Shown here: positions 27,323 through 36,589 of the stretch, one piece after another
Layout of the letters: each line of letters starts with the position of its first letter
Numbering within the stretch: the stretch's first letter is position 1
Notes under the pieces: model-generated
What the model was told of the DNA's origin: nothing
The model's input: the letters and a program-made list of their open reading frames with translations, nothing else
Databases searched by the model: none
Position numbers and translations under genes: made by a program
Assembly (NCBI GenBank): GCA_947644575.1
Contig: CANRZX010000001.1
Location: 1-38,838, forward strand
From: an uncultured Clostridia bacterium
GTDB taxonomy: Bacteria; Bacillota; Clostridia; Oscillospirales; Ruminococcaceae
DNA: 38,838 nt
Reading direction: 5' to 3'

Positions 27323-28377
27323 TCCGAGGACCACGGCTCCGTCAGCGCCGGGCCTTCGGATGGGGCGGGGCTTTCCGTATATTCCTCCAGCGTGCCGCCG
27401 GATCGCATAATGTCCGCGGCGGCTTGCTTACCTACATAACGATAGTGCCACGGTTCATACGTCACACCCGTGATATTTTCTTTTTCCTTTGGATAGCGCA
27501 GGATAAACCCATATTCGGCACAATGCGCGAGGAGCCACTCGAACTCGGGCGTCGTGTCGAAATCCGCCGTCAGGTCATTGTGATGGGCGTACCAATCCGC
27601 CGAGACAAGATCGGCCGCGAGGCCCGTGTTGTGCTCCGACGTGCCGGGGCGCGCCACCCACATGGCGGCCTGGCGCTCGGCCTCGGCCTGGTCGAAGCCT
27701 TCGGCTAAAAAGGCGTTTGTCTTGCGCCGGAAGAGCGCCGTCTGGCGCTCGACGCTGCGATAGCCCGACACTAAGTAGAGCTTGCAGCCGGCGGCCTCGG
27801 CGTCCGCGAGCAGCGCCTCCAAATCGGGCGCGGCGCGCTTGTCAAACGGGCGCTCGTCATAGCCGGTGATATTTACCGTCTCCACCGTAAAATTTTCCGG
27901 AAGCGGGTTCTGGGCGTTGACAAGGCGCGTCATCCACGCGTCGCCGTCCGCCGGGGCCGCGGCGGCAGCCGCGGCCGAAGCAGAGCCCGACGAAGAGGAG
28001 GACGCGCCTGAACCCGAGGATGCGCCCGAACCGGACGGGGCCATTTCAGAACCCGCGCCCGAGGAGGACGCGCCGCCCATCGGGGCGGAGCCCGTCATAT
28101 CGCTCATATCGTCGCGGATCGCGTCGGACAAATCCCCCATCAAGCCGGAGGAACCGCCCGAAAGGGTTCCCGACGAGCCGCCCGTCATGCCGGAGGAGCC
28201 GCCCGAAGACCCCGCGCCGGACATTCCGCCCGACGCGCCGCCGGAAACCGCCCCGCGGCTTTGGCTCTGGGAGGGCGTCTGCGCGGCGGAATCGCCCCGG
28301 CTGCCCCAGCAGCCGGTAAGCAGCGCCGCGGCAAGCGTCAGTGAAACGAACAGGATCCATGCTTTTTTCGGCAACAT
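27319..28377 (-). CDS. M15B D-Ala-D-Ala carboxypeptidase lipoprotein with Ser/Gly-rich linker
   Basis: Lipobox LLTG-C; SGYRS, PGTSEHNTGLAAD, YGFILRYP and YEPWHYRYVG motifs. Confidence 0.9.
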   Translation of the reverse strand: MLPKKAWILFVSLTLAAALLTGCWGSRGDSAAQTPSQSQSRGAVSGGASGGMSGAGSSGGSSGMTGGSSGTLSGGSSGLMGDLSDAIRDDMSDMTGSAPMGGASSSGAGSEMAPSGSGASSGSGASSSSSGSASAAAAAAAPADGDAWMTRLVNAQNPLPENFTVETVNITGYDERPFDKRAAPDLEALLADAEAAGCKLYLVSGYRSVERQTALFRRKTNAFLAEGFDQAEAERQAAMWVARPGTSEHNTGLAADLVSADWYAHHNDLTADFDTTPEFEWLLAHCAEYGFILRYPKEKENITGVTYEPWHYRYVGKQAAADIMRSGGTLEEYTESPAPSEGPALTEPWSSE

Positions 28378-28480
28378 ACAAACACCCTTTCGCCCGCCCG
28401 GCCCACCGGTTTCATCCGGGCTCCCGTTGGCGGACGGCAAAGGCGTCCGCCAGCGGGATGCCGAAGCACGGCGCGGGCGG

Positions 28481-29200
28481 TTATTGTAAATTGCCGGTCA
28501 GGGTCATAATAGCAGCGAGCGCCGCAAGGGGCGCTGTTTCGCACCGCAGGATGCGCGGGCCAAGGCTGATGGCCGCGCACCCCGCCGCGCGGGCGGCGTC
28601 GGCCTCCTCGGGGGAAAAGCCGCCCTCGCTGCCGGTAATGACGCCGATGCGCTTTGCACCGCCCAACCGGCTATGTAACGGCTCGCCCCCGCCCTCGTAG
28701 CAAAAAAGCGCCGCGTCATTTTGCGCGGCGTCGGTTAACATCCGCGAAAAGTCCATCGGCAGCGCGACGTCGGGCACCGCGCCGCGCCCGCTCTGCTTCG
28801 CGGCCTCCAGCGCGACACGCCGGTAGCGCTCGTTCTTCTGCTCCTCTTTTTTCGGCGCGGCTACGCAATACCGGCTGAAGAAGGGCACGACGCGCGACGC
28901 GCCCAGCTCAACAGCCTTCTGGATGATGAGCTCCAGCTTATCTTGCTTGGGATAGCCTATGTATAGCGTAACCAAAATGTTCGCCTCCGATACGCTCGGC
29001 GCGCAGGAAACGATTTCCAGCTCGACCAAGTCGGGCCCGACGGCGCGCACGGCGCAGGCGTAGTCTGTCCCGCGCCCGTCGCACAGCGTCACGGCCTCAC
29101 CGGGCCGCGCGCGCATGACGCGGCCCAAATGGTGCGCGTCCGCCCCGCGCAGGAACGCGGATTTTCCGAATATTTCCGTGGTAAAATAGCGATGCGGCAT
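28481..29200 (-). CDS. rsmE: 16S rRNA m3U1498 methyltransferase
   Basis: HH...VMR, KAVELG, EAAKQSGR, G.EGGFS and LGPRILRCETA motifs. Confidence 0.93.
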   Translation of the reverse strand: MPHRYFTTEIFGKSAFLRGADAHHLGRVMRARPGEAVTLCDGRGTDYACAVRAVGPDLVELEIVSCAPSVSEANILVTLYIGYPKQDKLELIIQKAVELGASRVVPFFSRYCVAAPKKEEQKNERYRRVALEAAKQSGRGAVPDVALPMDFSRMLTDAAQNDAALFCYEGGGEPLHSRLGGAKRIGVITGSEGGFSPEEADAARAAGCAAISLGPRILRCETAPLAALAAIMTLTGNLQ

Positions 29201-29240
29201 GGCTTTCCTCCGCTTGAAACTTTCGGTTCATTGCAGATCC

Positions 29241-29286
29241 TTAAAAAAAGACGCTTACAGGCTTTCGGATCCTCCTGTAAACGTCG
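29241..29286 (-). terminator. Intrinsic terminator after the rimP-ribF operon
   Basis: Stem GACGCTTACAGG/CCTGTAAACGTC followed by a T7 tract on the - strand. Confidence 0.55.
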
Positions 29287-29344
29287 CTTGACAAGAACGA
29301 AAAACGTTTTTTGACAATACCCGCATCAGCGGCCGCGCAGGCGG

Positions 29345-29794
29345 CTATTCCGCTAGCGCGCAGAGCCGGGCGAGGATCGCTTCGCGGTACTCCGTGTGAT
29401 GCGGCATGCCGCCGCCTACGCCGCCGAGCTTCGGCAGCTGAAGCTTGAGAAAATCGCCGTTTTTCAGCGTGACGGAGCAATTTACCGCGCCGAAAACGGC
29501 GTTTTTCAGCTCGCAGCGCTCGATCTCGGAAAACGGGAAGCAGGCGCCCACGTCCTCGGCCACGGTTTTGCGCAGATCCGGGACGCGGTAAAACGCATTC
29601 AGATATTTGCGCTCCTCGCATTCGGCCACGACCATACAACGCTCGGTGACGCCGACATAGACGTCGAAGCGCGACGTCTTTTTCCGGTTGACCTGAAGCG
29701 TTACGCCGTGAACGGCGGCGGAGAGCGTCTCCCCCTCGGGGACGCATTCTCCCAAAACGCGCAGCATGTTTTCCTCGTCAAAAATTCCGGCCAT
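29345..29794 (-). CDS. Hypothetical protein (149 aa)
   Basis: GGAAGG RBS, host-like codon usage, directly downstream of ribF. Confidence 0.7.
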   Translation of the reverse strand: MAGIFDEENMLRVLGECVPEGETLSAAVHGVTLQVNRKKTSRFDVYVGVTERCMVVAECEERKYLNAFYRVPDLRKTVAEDVGACFPFSEIERCELKNAVFGAVNCSVTLKNGDFLKLQLPKLGGVGGGMPHHTEYREAILARLCALAE

Positions 29795-29818
29795 CCAAAT
29801 CCCTTCCTTTCCGTTTTT

Positions 29819-30850
29819 TCAGGCGTCCTTGTCCCACGCGCGCGAGGCGTCGGCCGCGCGGCGCACCATCGCGGCCAGCTCCTCCAAGCTACCGAATTTT
29901 TGCGTCGGCCACAAAAAGCGGCAAAAGCGCACACGGACCGTGTCGCCATATATATCGCCCGAAAAATCGGGGATGAAAGTCTCGCAGGTAACGCCCGCGC
30001 CGCCACTCTCGACGGAGGGGCGCGTACCCAGCCCCGTTGCCCCGGGCAGCCAGCGCCCGTTCAGCAGCACCCGGGTGACATACACGCCCTGCCGGGGCAG
30101 CAGCATTCCGTCCGGATATACCTGATTGATCGTCGGAAAGCCCAGCGCGGTGCCCAGCCGTTTACCGTGGCGCACAGGCAGATCGATGCCGTACGCCTCG
30201 CCCAGCAGGGCGTTCGCCGTCTCGACATCCCCCTCCGTCAGGCAGGCGCGGATGCGCGACGAGGACACCGGCGCGCCGTCCCGCTCCGTCAGCGGCAGGC
30301 TCTCCATCGCAACGCCGTGCCGCGCACACAGGCGGCGCAGCGTTTCCGCGTCGCCCGCGCGCCCTCTGCCGAAGGTGAAGTTTTCCCCGCAGAATACGGC
30401 TCGCGCGCCAAGGCGTTCAATCAGGACATCTCGGACAAATTCCTCCGGCGAGAGCGCGCAGAACGCCTCGAACGGGGGGCAGATATAGTGGCCGATGCCC
30501 AGCGCGGCGATCCGGCGCAGCTTTTCGCCGGGCGTCAGAATGGCCTTGCCCTTGACGGCGCGGCCCTCGGGCGGCGAGAACGTAAACACCGCGCTGCCGC
30601 AGCCCAGCGCGCAGGCGCGCTCGACGGCGTGCGCCAAAACAAGGCGGTGCCCGACATGGACACCGTCGAAGTAGCCCAGCGCCACACAGACACCGGACGC
30701 GGTTTTCAGCTTTTCCAGCGTGTCATAGCGCCGTGCCGCCGTTTCTGCGAGGGCAGCAAAGCCGGCGGGGCTCCGGCTCCCGCCATCCTTGGGGGCGGAC
30801 GCGCCGTCCCCCCGCCCGGGCTTTTTCCGATCCCGTTTGATTTCCGTCAT
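29819..30850 (-). CDS. ribF: Bifunctional riboflavin kinase/FAD synthetase
   Basis: LGYFDGVHVGH, GENFTFG, VSSSRIR, G..LGFPT.N and G.RP motifs. Confidence 0.92.
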   Translation of the reverse strand: MTEIKRDRKKPGRGDGASAPKDGGSRSPAGFAALAETAARRYDTLEKLKTASGVCVALGYFDGVHVGHRLVLAHAVERACALGCGSAVFTFSPPEGRAVKGKAILTPGEKLRRIAALGIGHYICPPFEAFCALSPEEFVRDVLIERLGARAVFCGENFTFGRGRAGDAETLRRLCARHGVAMESLPLTERDGAPVSSSRIRACLTEGDVETANALLGEAYGIDLPVRHGKRLGTALGFPTINQVYPDGMLLPRQGVYVTRVLLNGRWLPGATGLGTRPSVESGGAGVTCETFIPDFSGDIYGDTVRVRFCRFLWPTQKFGSLEELAAMVRRAADASRAWDKDA

Positions 30851-30853
30851 TTT

Positions 30854-31735
30854 CTAACTCCTCGCGCAGAACAGCTTTTCTACGGTCAGAACGTGCTTTT
30901 CCACATGGCAGACGCCTAAAAATTCGCCCGCGCACAGCGCGCGGTACCGCCCGTCGCGGGCGGGAAAACGGTAGGTGGGCGCGCCGTTGATCAGCCTCCG
31001 GCGCGTTTCCTCATTGACCTTGACGGCCGGCAGCTCGCTGAATACACTTTCCACACTAAGCATCATGCTCTCCAGCGCACCGGCCTCCTTCGCGCTCTGC
31101 AGCTGCTCGAGCGTGTGGGACATATCCAGCGTATACGGGCCCGAGGCGCTACGCCGCAGCGCCGCCATTGTGGCGGGCACGCCCAGCGCGCGGCCGATGT
31201 CCTCCAGCAGGACGCGCACATACACGCCCTTGCTGCAGTGGATGTGCAGGCGGTAAGCGTTCCGCGCGGGGCTGTTCTCCAGCGTCAGGCTGTAGACGGA
31301 GATCGGGCGGGGCGCACGCTCCACGGTTTTGCCCGCGCGCGCGGCCTTGTACAGCGGCTGCCCATTTACCTTGACCGCCGAATACATCGGCGGGATCTGC
31401 GTCAGATCGCCGACAAAATTCGGCAGCATGGCCGCCACCGCCGCGGCGTCCACCGCCGCCGGGACAGCCGCCTGCTCCACGGTCCGGCCGGTGATGTCGC
31501 CGGTGTCGGTGCGCAGGCCCAGCTGCATCAGCGCGGTATAGGTCTTGTCCACGCGCAGCTGCATATCCACGGCCTTGGTGGCTTCGCCAACAAAAACAGG
31601 CAGCACGCCGGTCGCCATCGGATCCAGCGTGCCGCCGTGCCCGATGCGCCGTGTGCCGCAGATGCCCCGCAGCTTCGCGTCCACGTCGAAGGAGGTGAAG
31701 CCCTCCGGTTTATCGACGACGATTATTCCTTGCAT
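30854..31735 (-). CDS. truB: tRNA pseudouridine(55) synthase
   Basis: DKPEG.TS, GHGGTLDPMATGVL, QIPPMYSAVK and CSKG.YVR motifs. Confidence 0.94.
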   Translation of the reverse strand: MQGIIVVDKPEGFTSFDVDAKLRGICGTRRIGHGGTLDPMATGVLPVFVGEATKAVDMQLRVDKTYTALMQLGLRTDTGDITGRTVEQAAVPAAVDAAAVAAMLPNFVGDLTQIPPMYSAVKVNGQPLYKAARAGKTVERAPRPISVYSLTLENSPARNAYRLHIHCSKGVYVRVLLEDIGRALGVPATMAALRRSASGPYTLDMSHTLEQLQSAKEAGALESMMLSVESVFSELPAVKVNEETRRRLINGAPTYRFPARDGRYRALCAGEFLGVCHVEKHVLTVEKLFCARS

Positions 31736-32682
31736 AAAGCTTTTTCCACCTCGGTCAAAAGCGCCGATTTCGCGTTGTCAAGGCTGCCCAGCAGCTCACA
31801 GCCCGCGGCTTGTCTGTGCCCGCCGCCGCCGAGATGGGCGCAGATCTCCGCCGCGTCCACCTCCGGCACGGTGCGGACGCTTACCTTATAGCTGCCCGCC
31901 GGCTGCTGGCGGATCGTAATGCCCACCTGCACGCCCTCGATGTTGCGCGGCAGGCTGGTGATGCCCTCGATATCGGTGGTGTCCGCGCCGGTCTGGGCAA
32001 TCTGTTCCTTTGTCAGGAAGATCGTCGCGCAGCGTCCGCCGAAGCTGTACTCAAGGCTCTCCAGCGCGAGGCGCTCGATGGCAAGGCGGCTGCGGCTCTT
32101 GCTCTCAAACAAAATGCCGTTCAGCTGGATGAGGCTCGCGCCCGCGGCGATCAGCTTCGCCGCGATTTCGTGCGTGCGCGCCGTCGTGTTGGAAAAGCGG
32201 AAACAGCCCGTATCGGTGGACAGCCCGGTGTACAGGCAGTCCGCGATGGTGGGCGTGATGTCGACGCCCGCCGCCGAAAGCAGCTCATAGACAATCTCCG
32301 CCGTGGCGGCCGCGTCGCCGTCCAGCAGCATGCAGTCGGCATAGCCCGCGTTGGACGGATGATGGTCGATGCAAAGATCGATGTTTTTCGTATACGCGGC
32401 GATGGCGTCGCCGAACAGCTGGATCCCCGCCACGTCGACGGCCACCGTATAGCCGGGCGTGAACTGGCCCGTATACAGCCCGATGTCCATGTAACCGTAC
32501 CGCGCGGGGATTGGGTCGGCGCACAGCACGGCCGCCGTCTTGCCCAGGCCCGTCAGGGCGTGGTATAGCGCCGCCGCGCTGCCGACGGTGTCCCCGTCCG
32601 GGTTTTTGTGGCAGATCAGTAGAATGTTTTCCGCCTTCAGCAGACGGCTCAGGGCCGCCGCGATGTCCAAAATCTCGCTCAT
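31723..32682 (-). CDS. nrnA: DHH family phosphoesterase (NrnA-like oligoribonuclease/pAp phosphatase)
   Basis: H.NPDGD, IDHH, TDTG.F and GGGGH..AAG motifs; lies between rbfA and truB. Confidence 0.85.
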   Translation of the reverse strand: MSEILDIAAALSRLLKAENILLICHKNPDGDTVGSAAALYHALTGLGKTAAVLCADPIPARYGYMDIGLYTGQFTPGYTVAVDVAGIQLFGDAIAAYTKNIDLCIDHHPSNAGYADCMLLDGDAAATAEIVYELLSAAGVDITPTIADCLYTGLSTDTGCFRFSNTTARTHEIAAKLIAAGASLIQLNGILFESKSRSRLAIERLALESLEYSFGGRCATIFLTKEQIAQTGADTTDIEGITSLPRNIEGVQVGITIRQQPAGSYKVSVRTVPEVDAAEICAHLGGGGHRQAAGCELLGSLDNAKSALLTEVEKALCKE

Positions 32683-32837
32683 AACCGCTCCTCACTTGTC
32701 AAGTAAACACGAAACCGACCGCCGCGCTCCGGCCATCGGCGGCGGCGCCAAAGCGCCATCGCCGCCGCGCTCGAAAAAAGCTCTTTCGACGCGCGGCACG
32801 ATACGCCGCGCCTCCCGCCCCCCGCCGGAGCTGCGGA

Positions 32838-33191
32838 TCAGCCCTTTTCGCCGTCCAGCTCCGCGATCAGCTCATTGATGTGCGCCGCGTACCGCGCGCC
32901 GTCGTCCGCGATAAAGCGGAATTCCGGCGCCTTGCGGATGTGCATGCGCTTCGCAATCTCGCTGCGCACATGCCCGGCGGCGCGGTTCAGCGCGGCGACA
33001 GCCTCGGCCGTCGTGTCGGGCGCGCCCATGCGGCTGACATGCACCCGCGCGAGGGAGAGGTCGGGCGCGAGCTCCACGCGCATCACGGTTAAAAAGCCCT
33101 GCACGCGCGGGTCCTTCATCGCGCCGATCACGGCGATCAGCTCGCGCTTCATATCCTCGGTCAGGCGCGCCATATTTTTGCTCTGCGGCAT
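32838..33191 (-). CDS. rbfA: Ribosome-binding factor A
   Basis: KDPR, V.L.PDLS.A.V and R.AP...F..D motifs; follows infB. Confidence 0.92.
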   Translation of the reverse strand: MPQSKNMARLTEDMKRELIAVIGAMKDPRVQGFLTVMRVELAPDLSLARVHVSRMGAPDTTAEAVAALNRAAGHVRSEIAKRMHIRKAPEFRFIADDGARYAAHINELIAELDGEKG

Positions 33192-33275
33192 AATGCTCCT
33201 TCCGGCCGGCCCCGCGGGCCGGCGTCATTGCTCGGTGATTTTCGGCTTGCTCCCGTCGCTCGGGTCCGCCGGGCG

Positions 33276-35609
33276 TCAGTCGCGGTATTCCTCCATGACG
33301 AACGCCTCGAAAATATCCCCCTCCTTAATGTCGGAGAATTTGTCAAGGCCCACACCGCACTCGTATCCCTGCGCGACCTCCTTCACGTCGTCCTTGAAGC
33401 GGCGCAGGCTGTCGATCTCGTCCTCGGTGATGACGATGCCATCACGCACCAGGCGGATCTTTGCTGCGCGCGTGATTTTGCCCTCGAGCACATAGCAGCC
33501 CGCGATCGTGCCCGCGGAGGAGATCTTGAACACGCTGCGCACCTCGGCGCGACCCAGCTCCACCTCGCGGAACTTGGGCGCGAGCATGCCCTTCATAGCG
33601 TCGGTGACGTCGTTGATCGCGTCGTAAATGACGCGGTACATCCGCAGCTCCACCTCGGCCTGCGCGGCCTCCTCCTTGGCGACGGGGTCGGGCCGGACGT
33701 TGAAGCCGATGATGATCGCGCCACCCGCGTTGGCGAGCATAACGTCGGATTTATTGATCGCACCCACGCCCGCGTGGATCACGCGCACGCGCACCTCGTC
33801 GTTGGAGATTTTTTCGAGGCTCTGCTTCACGGCCTCGGCGCTGCCCTGCACGTCGGCCTTGACGATGATCGCCAGCTCCTTGCGCTCGCCCTCGGCGATC
33901 TGGCTGAACAGGTTGTCGAGCGTGACCTTCTTGTACGTGCTGAACTGCTGCTCCTTCTGCTCGGCGGCGCGGCGGTCGGCCAGTTCGCGCGCGAGTTTCT
34001 CGTCCTCGACCGCGTCGAACAGATCGCCCGCGGCAGGCACCTCCGTCAGGCCGGTGATCTCGACCGGCATCGAGGGCCCGGCTTCCTTGAGGACATTACC
34101 CTGATCGTCGCGCATGACGCGCACACGCCCCACGGACGTGCCCGCGATGACGACGTCGCCCTGATGCAGCGTGCCCTTCTGCACCAAAATCGTGGCCACG
34201 GGCCCCTGCCCCTTGTCCAGGCGCGCCTCGACCACGGCGCCCTTGGCGCGGCGGCGGGGGTTGGCCTTCAGCTCCTTGACCTCGGCCACAAGGTTGATGC
34301 TTTCGAGCAGGTCGCCGATGCCGTCGCCCGTCAGCGCGGACACCGGCACGCAGATCGTGTCGCCGCCCCACTCCTCGGGCACCAGTTCATACTGCGTCAG
34401 CTGCTCCATGACATGGTTGGCGTTCGCGGTCGGCTTATCCATTTTATTGATGGCGACGATGATCGTCGTGTTCGCAGCCTTGGCGTGATTGATGGATTCA
34501 ACGGTCTGCGGCATGATGCCGTCGTCCGCCGCCACCACCAGCACGGCGATGTCCGTCAGGTTCGCGCCGCGCGCGCGCATCGAGGTAAACGCCTCGTGGC
34601 CCGGCGTGTCGAGGAAGGTGATGGGTTTGCCGTTCATCACCACCTGATACGCGCCGATGTGCTGCGTGATACCCCCGGCCTCGCCCTCGGTGACGCGCGT
34701 CTTGCGGATAGCGTCGAGGATGGACGTCTTGCCGTGGTCGACGTGGCCCATGACCACGACGACGGGCGGGCGCTCCTCCAGATCCTCGGCCTTGTCCTCG
34801 TCCACCTCAAACAGGCGCTCCTCGATCGTGATATGCACCTCGTGCTCCACCTTCGCGCCGAGCTCCTCGGCCACGAGGCTGGCGGTGTCGAAATCGACCG
34901 TCTCGGAGATGGCGGCCATCACGCCGAGGCCCATCAGCTTTTTGATGACCTGCGCGACGTTCACCTTCAGGCGGCTCGCAAGCTCGCCGACCGTGATCTC
35001 GTCGGGGATGGACACCTTGAGCTGCGCCTTGCGCGCCTTCTCCAGCTGGATACGCTGCAGGCGCTCGGCCTCGGTCTCGCGCTTTTTCTGGAACGGCTGC
35101 TGGCGGCGGTTGTTGCGCCCGGTGAATTTCTGCTTGTTGCCCGCAGGCGTGGGCTTGCGGCGGTTCTCGACATTTTTGGTCGAGGCCAGCTCCGTATATT
35201 TTTCGTTGAATTTGTCGAGATTGACGTCCGTCGTGCGCGTGTCCACCGTGACGGTGACGACCTCGCGCTTCGCGGGCGCGGGCTTCGCGGCCTTTTCGGG
35301 CTTCGCGGGGCGGATGCGGTCGCGGCGCTTGGCTGGCCCGGCCGCGACCACGGTGCCGTCGGCCTTTTTCAGCACGTCTTTCTCGGCCACCTTAGGCGCG
35401 GGCGCGCTGGCCAAATACGCGTCGAGGCTCTCCTCGGCGCGCGCCTGCGTGTAGTGCTCGAACACATGGTTCAGCTCTGCCTCGCTCAGCGGGGAGGTGT
35501 GTTTTTTCGCCTCGCCCGTCAGCGCGCCGAGCAGCTCGATGATTTCTTTATTTTGGACGCCGAGATCCTTCGCGACGTCTCCAAGCTTGTATTTGATGGT
35601 TACTGGCAT
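33276..35609 (-). CDS. infB: Translation initiation factor IF-2
   Basis: [34 protein letters not shown] and [12 protein letters not shown] motifs. Confidence 0.97.
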   Translation of the reverse strand: MPVTIKYKLGDVAKDLGVQNKEIIELLGALTGEAKKHTSPLSEAELNHVFEHYTQARAEESLDAYLASAPAPKVAEKDVLKKADGTVVAAGPAKRRDRIRPAKPEKAAKPAPAKREVVTVTVDTRTTDVNLDKFNEKYTELASTKNVENRRKPTPAGNKQKFTGRNNRRQQPFQKKRETEAERLQRIQLEKARKAQLKVSIPDEITVGELASRLKVNVAQVIKKLMGLGVMAAISETVDFDTASLVAEELGAKVEHEVHITIEERLFEVDEDKAEDLEERPPVVVVMGHVDHGKTSILDAIRKTRVTEGEAGGITQHIGAYQVVMNGKPITFLDTPGHEAFTSMRARGANLTDIAVLVVAADDGIMPQTVESINHAKAANTTIIVAINKMDKPTANANHVMEQLTQYELVPEEWGGDTICVPVSALTGDGIGDLLESINLVAEVKELKANPRRRAKGAVVEARLDKGQGPVATILVQKGTLHQGDVVIAGTSVGRVRVMRDDQGNVLKEAGPSMPVEITGLTEVPAAGDLFDAVEDEKLARELADRRAAEQKEQQFSTYKKVTLDNLFSQIAEGERKELAIIVKADVQGSAEAVKQSLEKISNDEVRVRVIHAGVGAINKSDVMLANAGGAIIIGFNVRPDPVAKEEAAQAEVELRMYRVIYDAINDVTDAMKGMLAPKFREVELGRAEVRSVFKISSAGTIAGCYVLEGKITRAAKIRLVRDGIVITEDEIDSLRRFKDDVKEVAQGYECGVGLDKFSDIKEGDIFEAFVMEEYRD

Positions 35610-35625
35610 GGACGTTCCTCCTTAT

Positions 35626-35788
35626 CAAACTGTCTAAAAAGTCGCGTCTGCCAAGAACTTCGGCAAATTGTTCCCTCAGATTTCACAAAAATGCTCGTTA
35701 AGGCACAAAGCCTTGCCTGCGCTTTTTGTTTCATCTGATGCAAAATTTGCTCTCGTCTTGCGCATCCGCTTTGTTTTTAGACAGTTTC
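35626..35788. mobile_element. MITE family D with 4-bp TTAT target duplication, inserted in the 3' end of the L7Ae gene
   Basis: Perfect 14-bp TIR AAACTGTCTAAAAA / TTTTTAGACAGTTT; TTAT at 35622-35625 and 35789-35792; AT-rich with nested internal stems. Confidence 0.78.
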
Positions 35789-36141
35789 TTATGCTCGGCC
35801 TGCGTATCGGCCGATCGCTTTGAATCCGGCCCTCCGTCGGGCGGCGGCAGATTCTTTTTGCAGAGCTTCGCGAGCTCCGGGTCGGTGACGGCAAACACGC
35901 CGGCGGGCTTTTTGCAGATGGGGGCCAGCGCGGCCTGCGTTTCGGCCAGCGCGTACAGCGGGACTCCCTGCGCCTCGCAGAAATAACCCACACGCCGGCG
36001 CGTGCCCTCGGAAAGATCCCCCGCGCACAGCACAAGCTGCGCGCTCCCCTTGAAAACGCTGTCCTTCACCGCGTCGAAGCCCGTAACGAGCGCCCCGGCC
36101 TTGCGGCACAGGGACAGCGCGAAAACAATGTTGCCCGGCAT
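35731..36141 (-). CDS. L7Ae/YlxQ family RNA-binding protein; last codons come from the MITE
   Basis: LSLCRKAG.LV.G...V and A.D.S motifs; located between ylxR and infB; GGGAGAG RBS. Confidence 0.8.
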   Translation of the reverse strand: MPGNIVFALSLCRKAGALVTGFDAVKDSVFKGSAQLVLCAGDLSEGTRRRVGYFCEAQGVPLYALAETQAALAPICKKPAGVFAVTDPELAKLCKKNLPPPDGGPDSKRSADTQAEHKKLSKNKADAQDESKFCIR

Positions 36142-36186
36142 CCGTCTCTCCCTTCTCAAGACGCCTGAAAAGCCGCATCTGCTCCA

Positions 36187-36271
36187 GTAACCACTGAATC
36201 CATCGCCGCGCGCACCGGTCGCGGTTGGAACGCGTCGCCGATGCGCACACTGCGATTTGTTCAGGGCTTAC
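36187..36271. mobile_element. MITE-like element family C, copy 2 (internally shorter)
   Basis: GTAACCACTGAATCCATCG ... GCGGTTGGAACGCG ... CGATTTGTTCAGGGCTTAC, similar to 27166-27322. Confidence 0.62.
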
Positions 36272-36561
36272 TCAAGCGCCTCGGCCGCTTCGGCCTCGGC
36301 CCGCGTGATCTCCGCGGTCATGGCGTCGTAGACGTCCTCCGGGATGCTCACCTCCAGCGCGCGCTCGATGCGCTTTGCCTTGCGCGCCTTGGCAAGGCAC
36401 GCGGCGCGGGGGCACACGTACGCGCCGCGCCCGGGCTTTTTGCCCGTCAGATCCAGCGAGACCGCACCGTCCGCCGCGCGCACCACACGCACCAGTTCGC
36501 GCTTGGGCCTGCTCTCGCCGCAGCCGCTGCATCGCCGCAGCGGGATCTTCCTTGGCTTCAT
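36268..36561 (-). CDS. ylxR: YlxR/RnpM family RNA-binding protein
   Basis: P.R.C.GC, K.ELVRVV and D.TGK..GRGAYVC motifs; AAGGAGG RBS. Confidence 0.9.
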   Translation of the reverse strand: MKPRKIPLRRCSGCGESRPKRELVRVVRAADGAVSLDLTGKKPGRGAYVCPRAACLAKARKAKRIERALEVSIPEDVYDAMTAEITRAEAEAAEALE

Positions 36562-36589
36562 ACGCGTTTCCTCCTTCGCTTGGACCCGG

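Noticed and set aside
23707-28377. Vancomycin-resistance (vanRS-vanY) cluster
   Set aside because: No D-Ala-D-Lac/Ser ligase, vanH, vanX or vanT is present, and the M15 gene is on the opposite strand and looks like a housekeeping enzyme.
33228-35738. 836-aa + strand ORF (likewise 20844-22394 on -, 29396-30919 on + and 12746-14215 on -)
   Set aside because: Shadow or alternative-frame ORFs over well-supported genes (infB, HAD/xth, ribF, hndC), with Arg/Ala/Gly-rich or antisense-typical composition.
20612-36271. CRISPR array from the palindromic repeats (GTTGGAAC, CTTGAAAAC motifs)
   Set aside because: The copies are dispersed kilobases apart rather than regularly spaced with spacers, and no cas genes are present.
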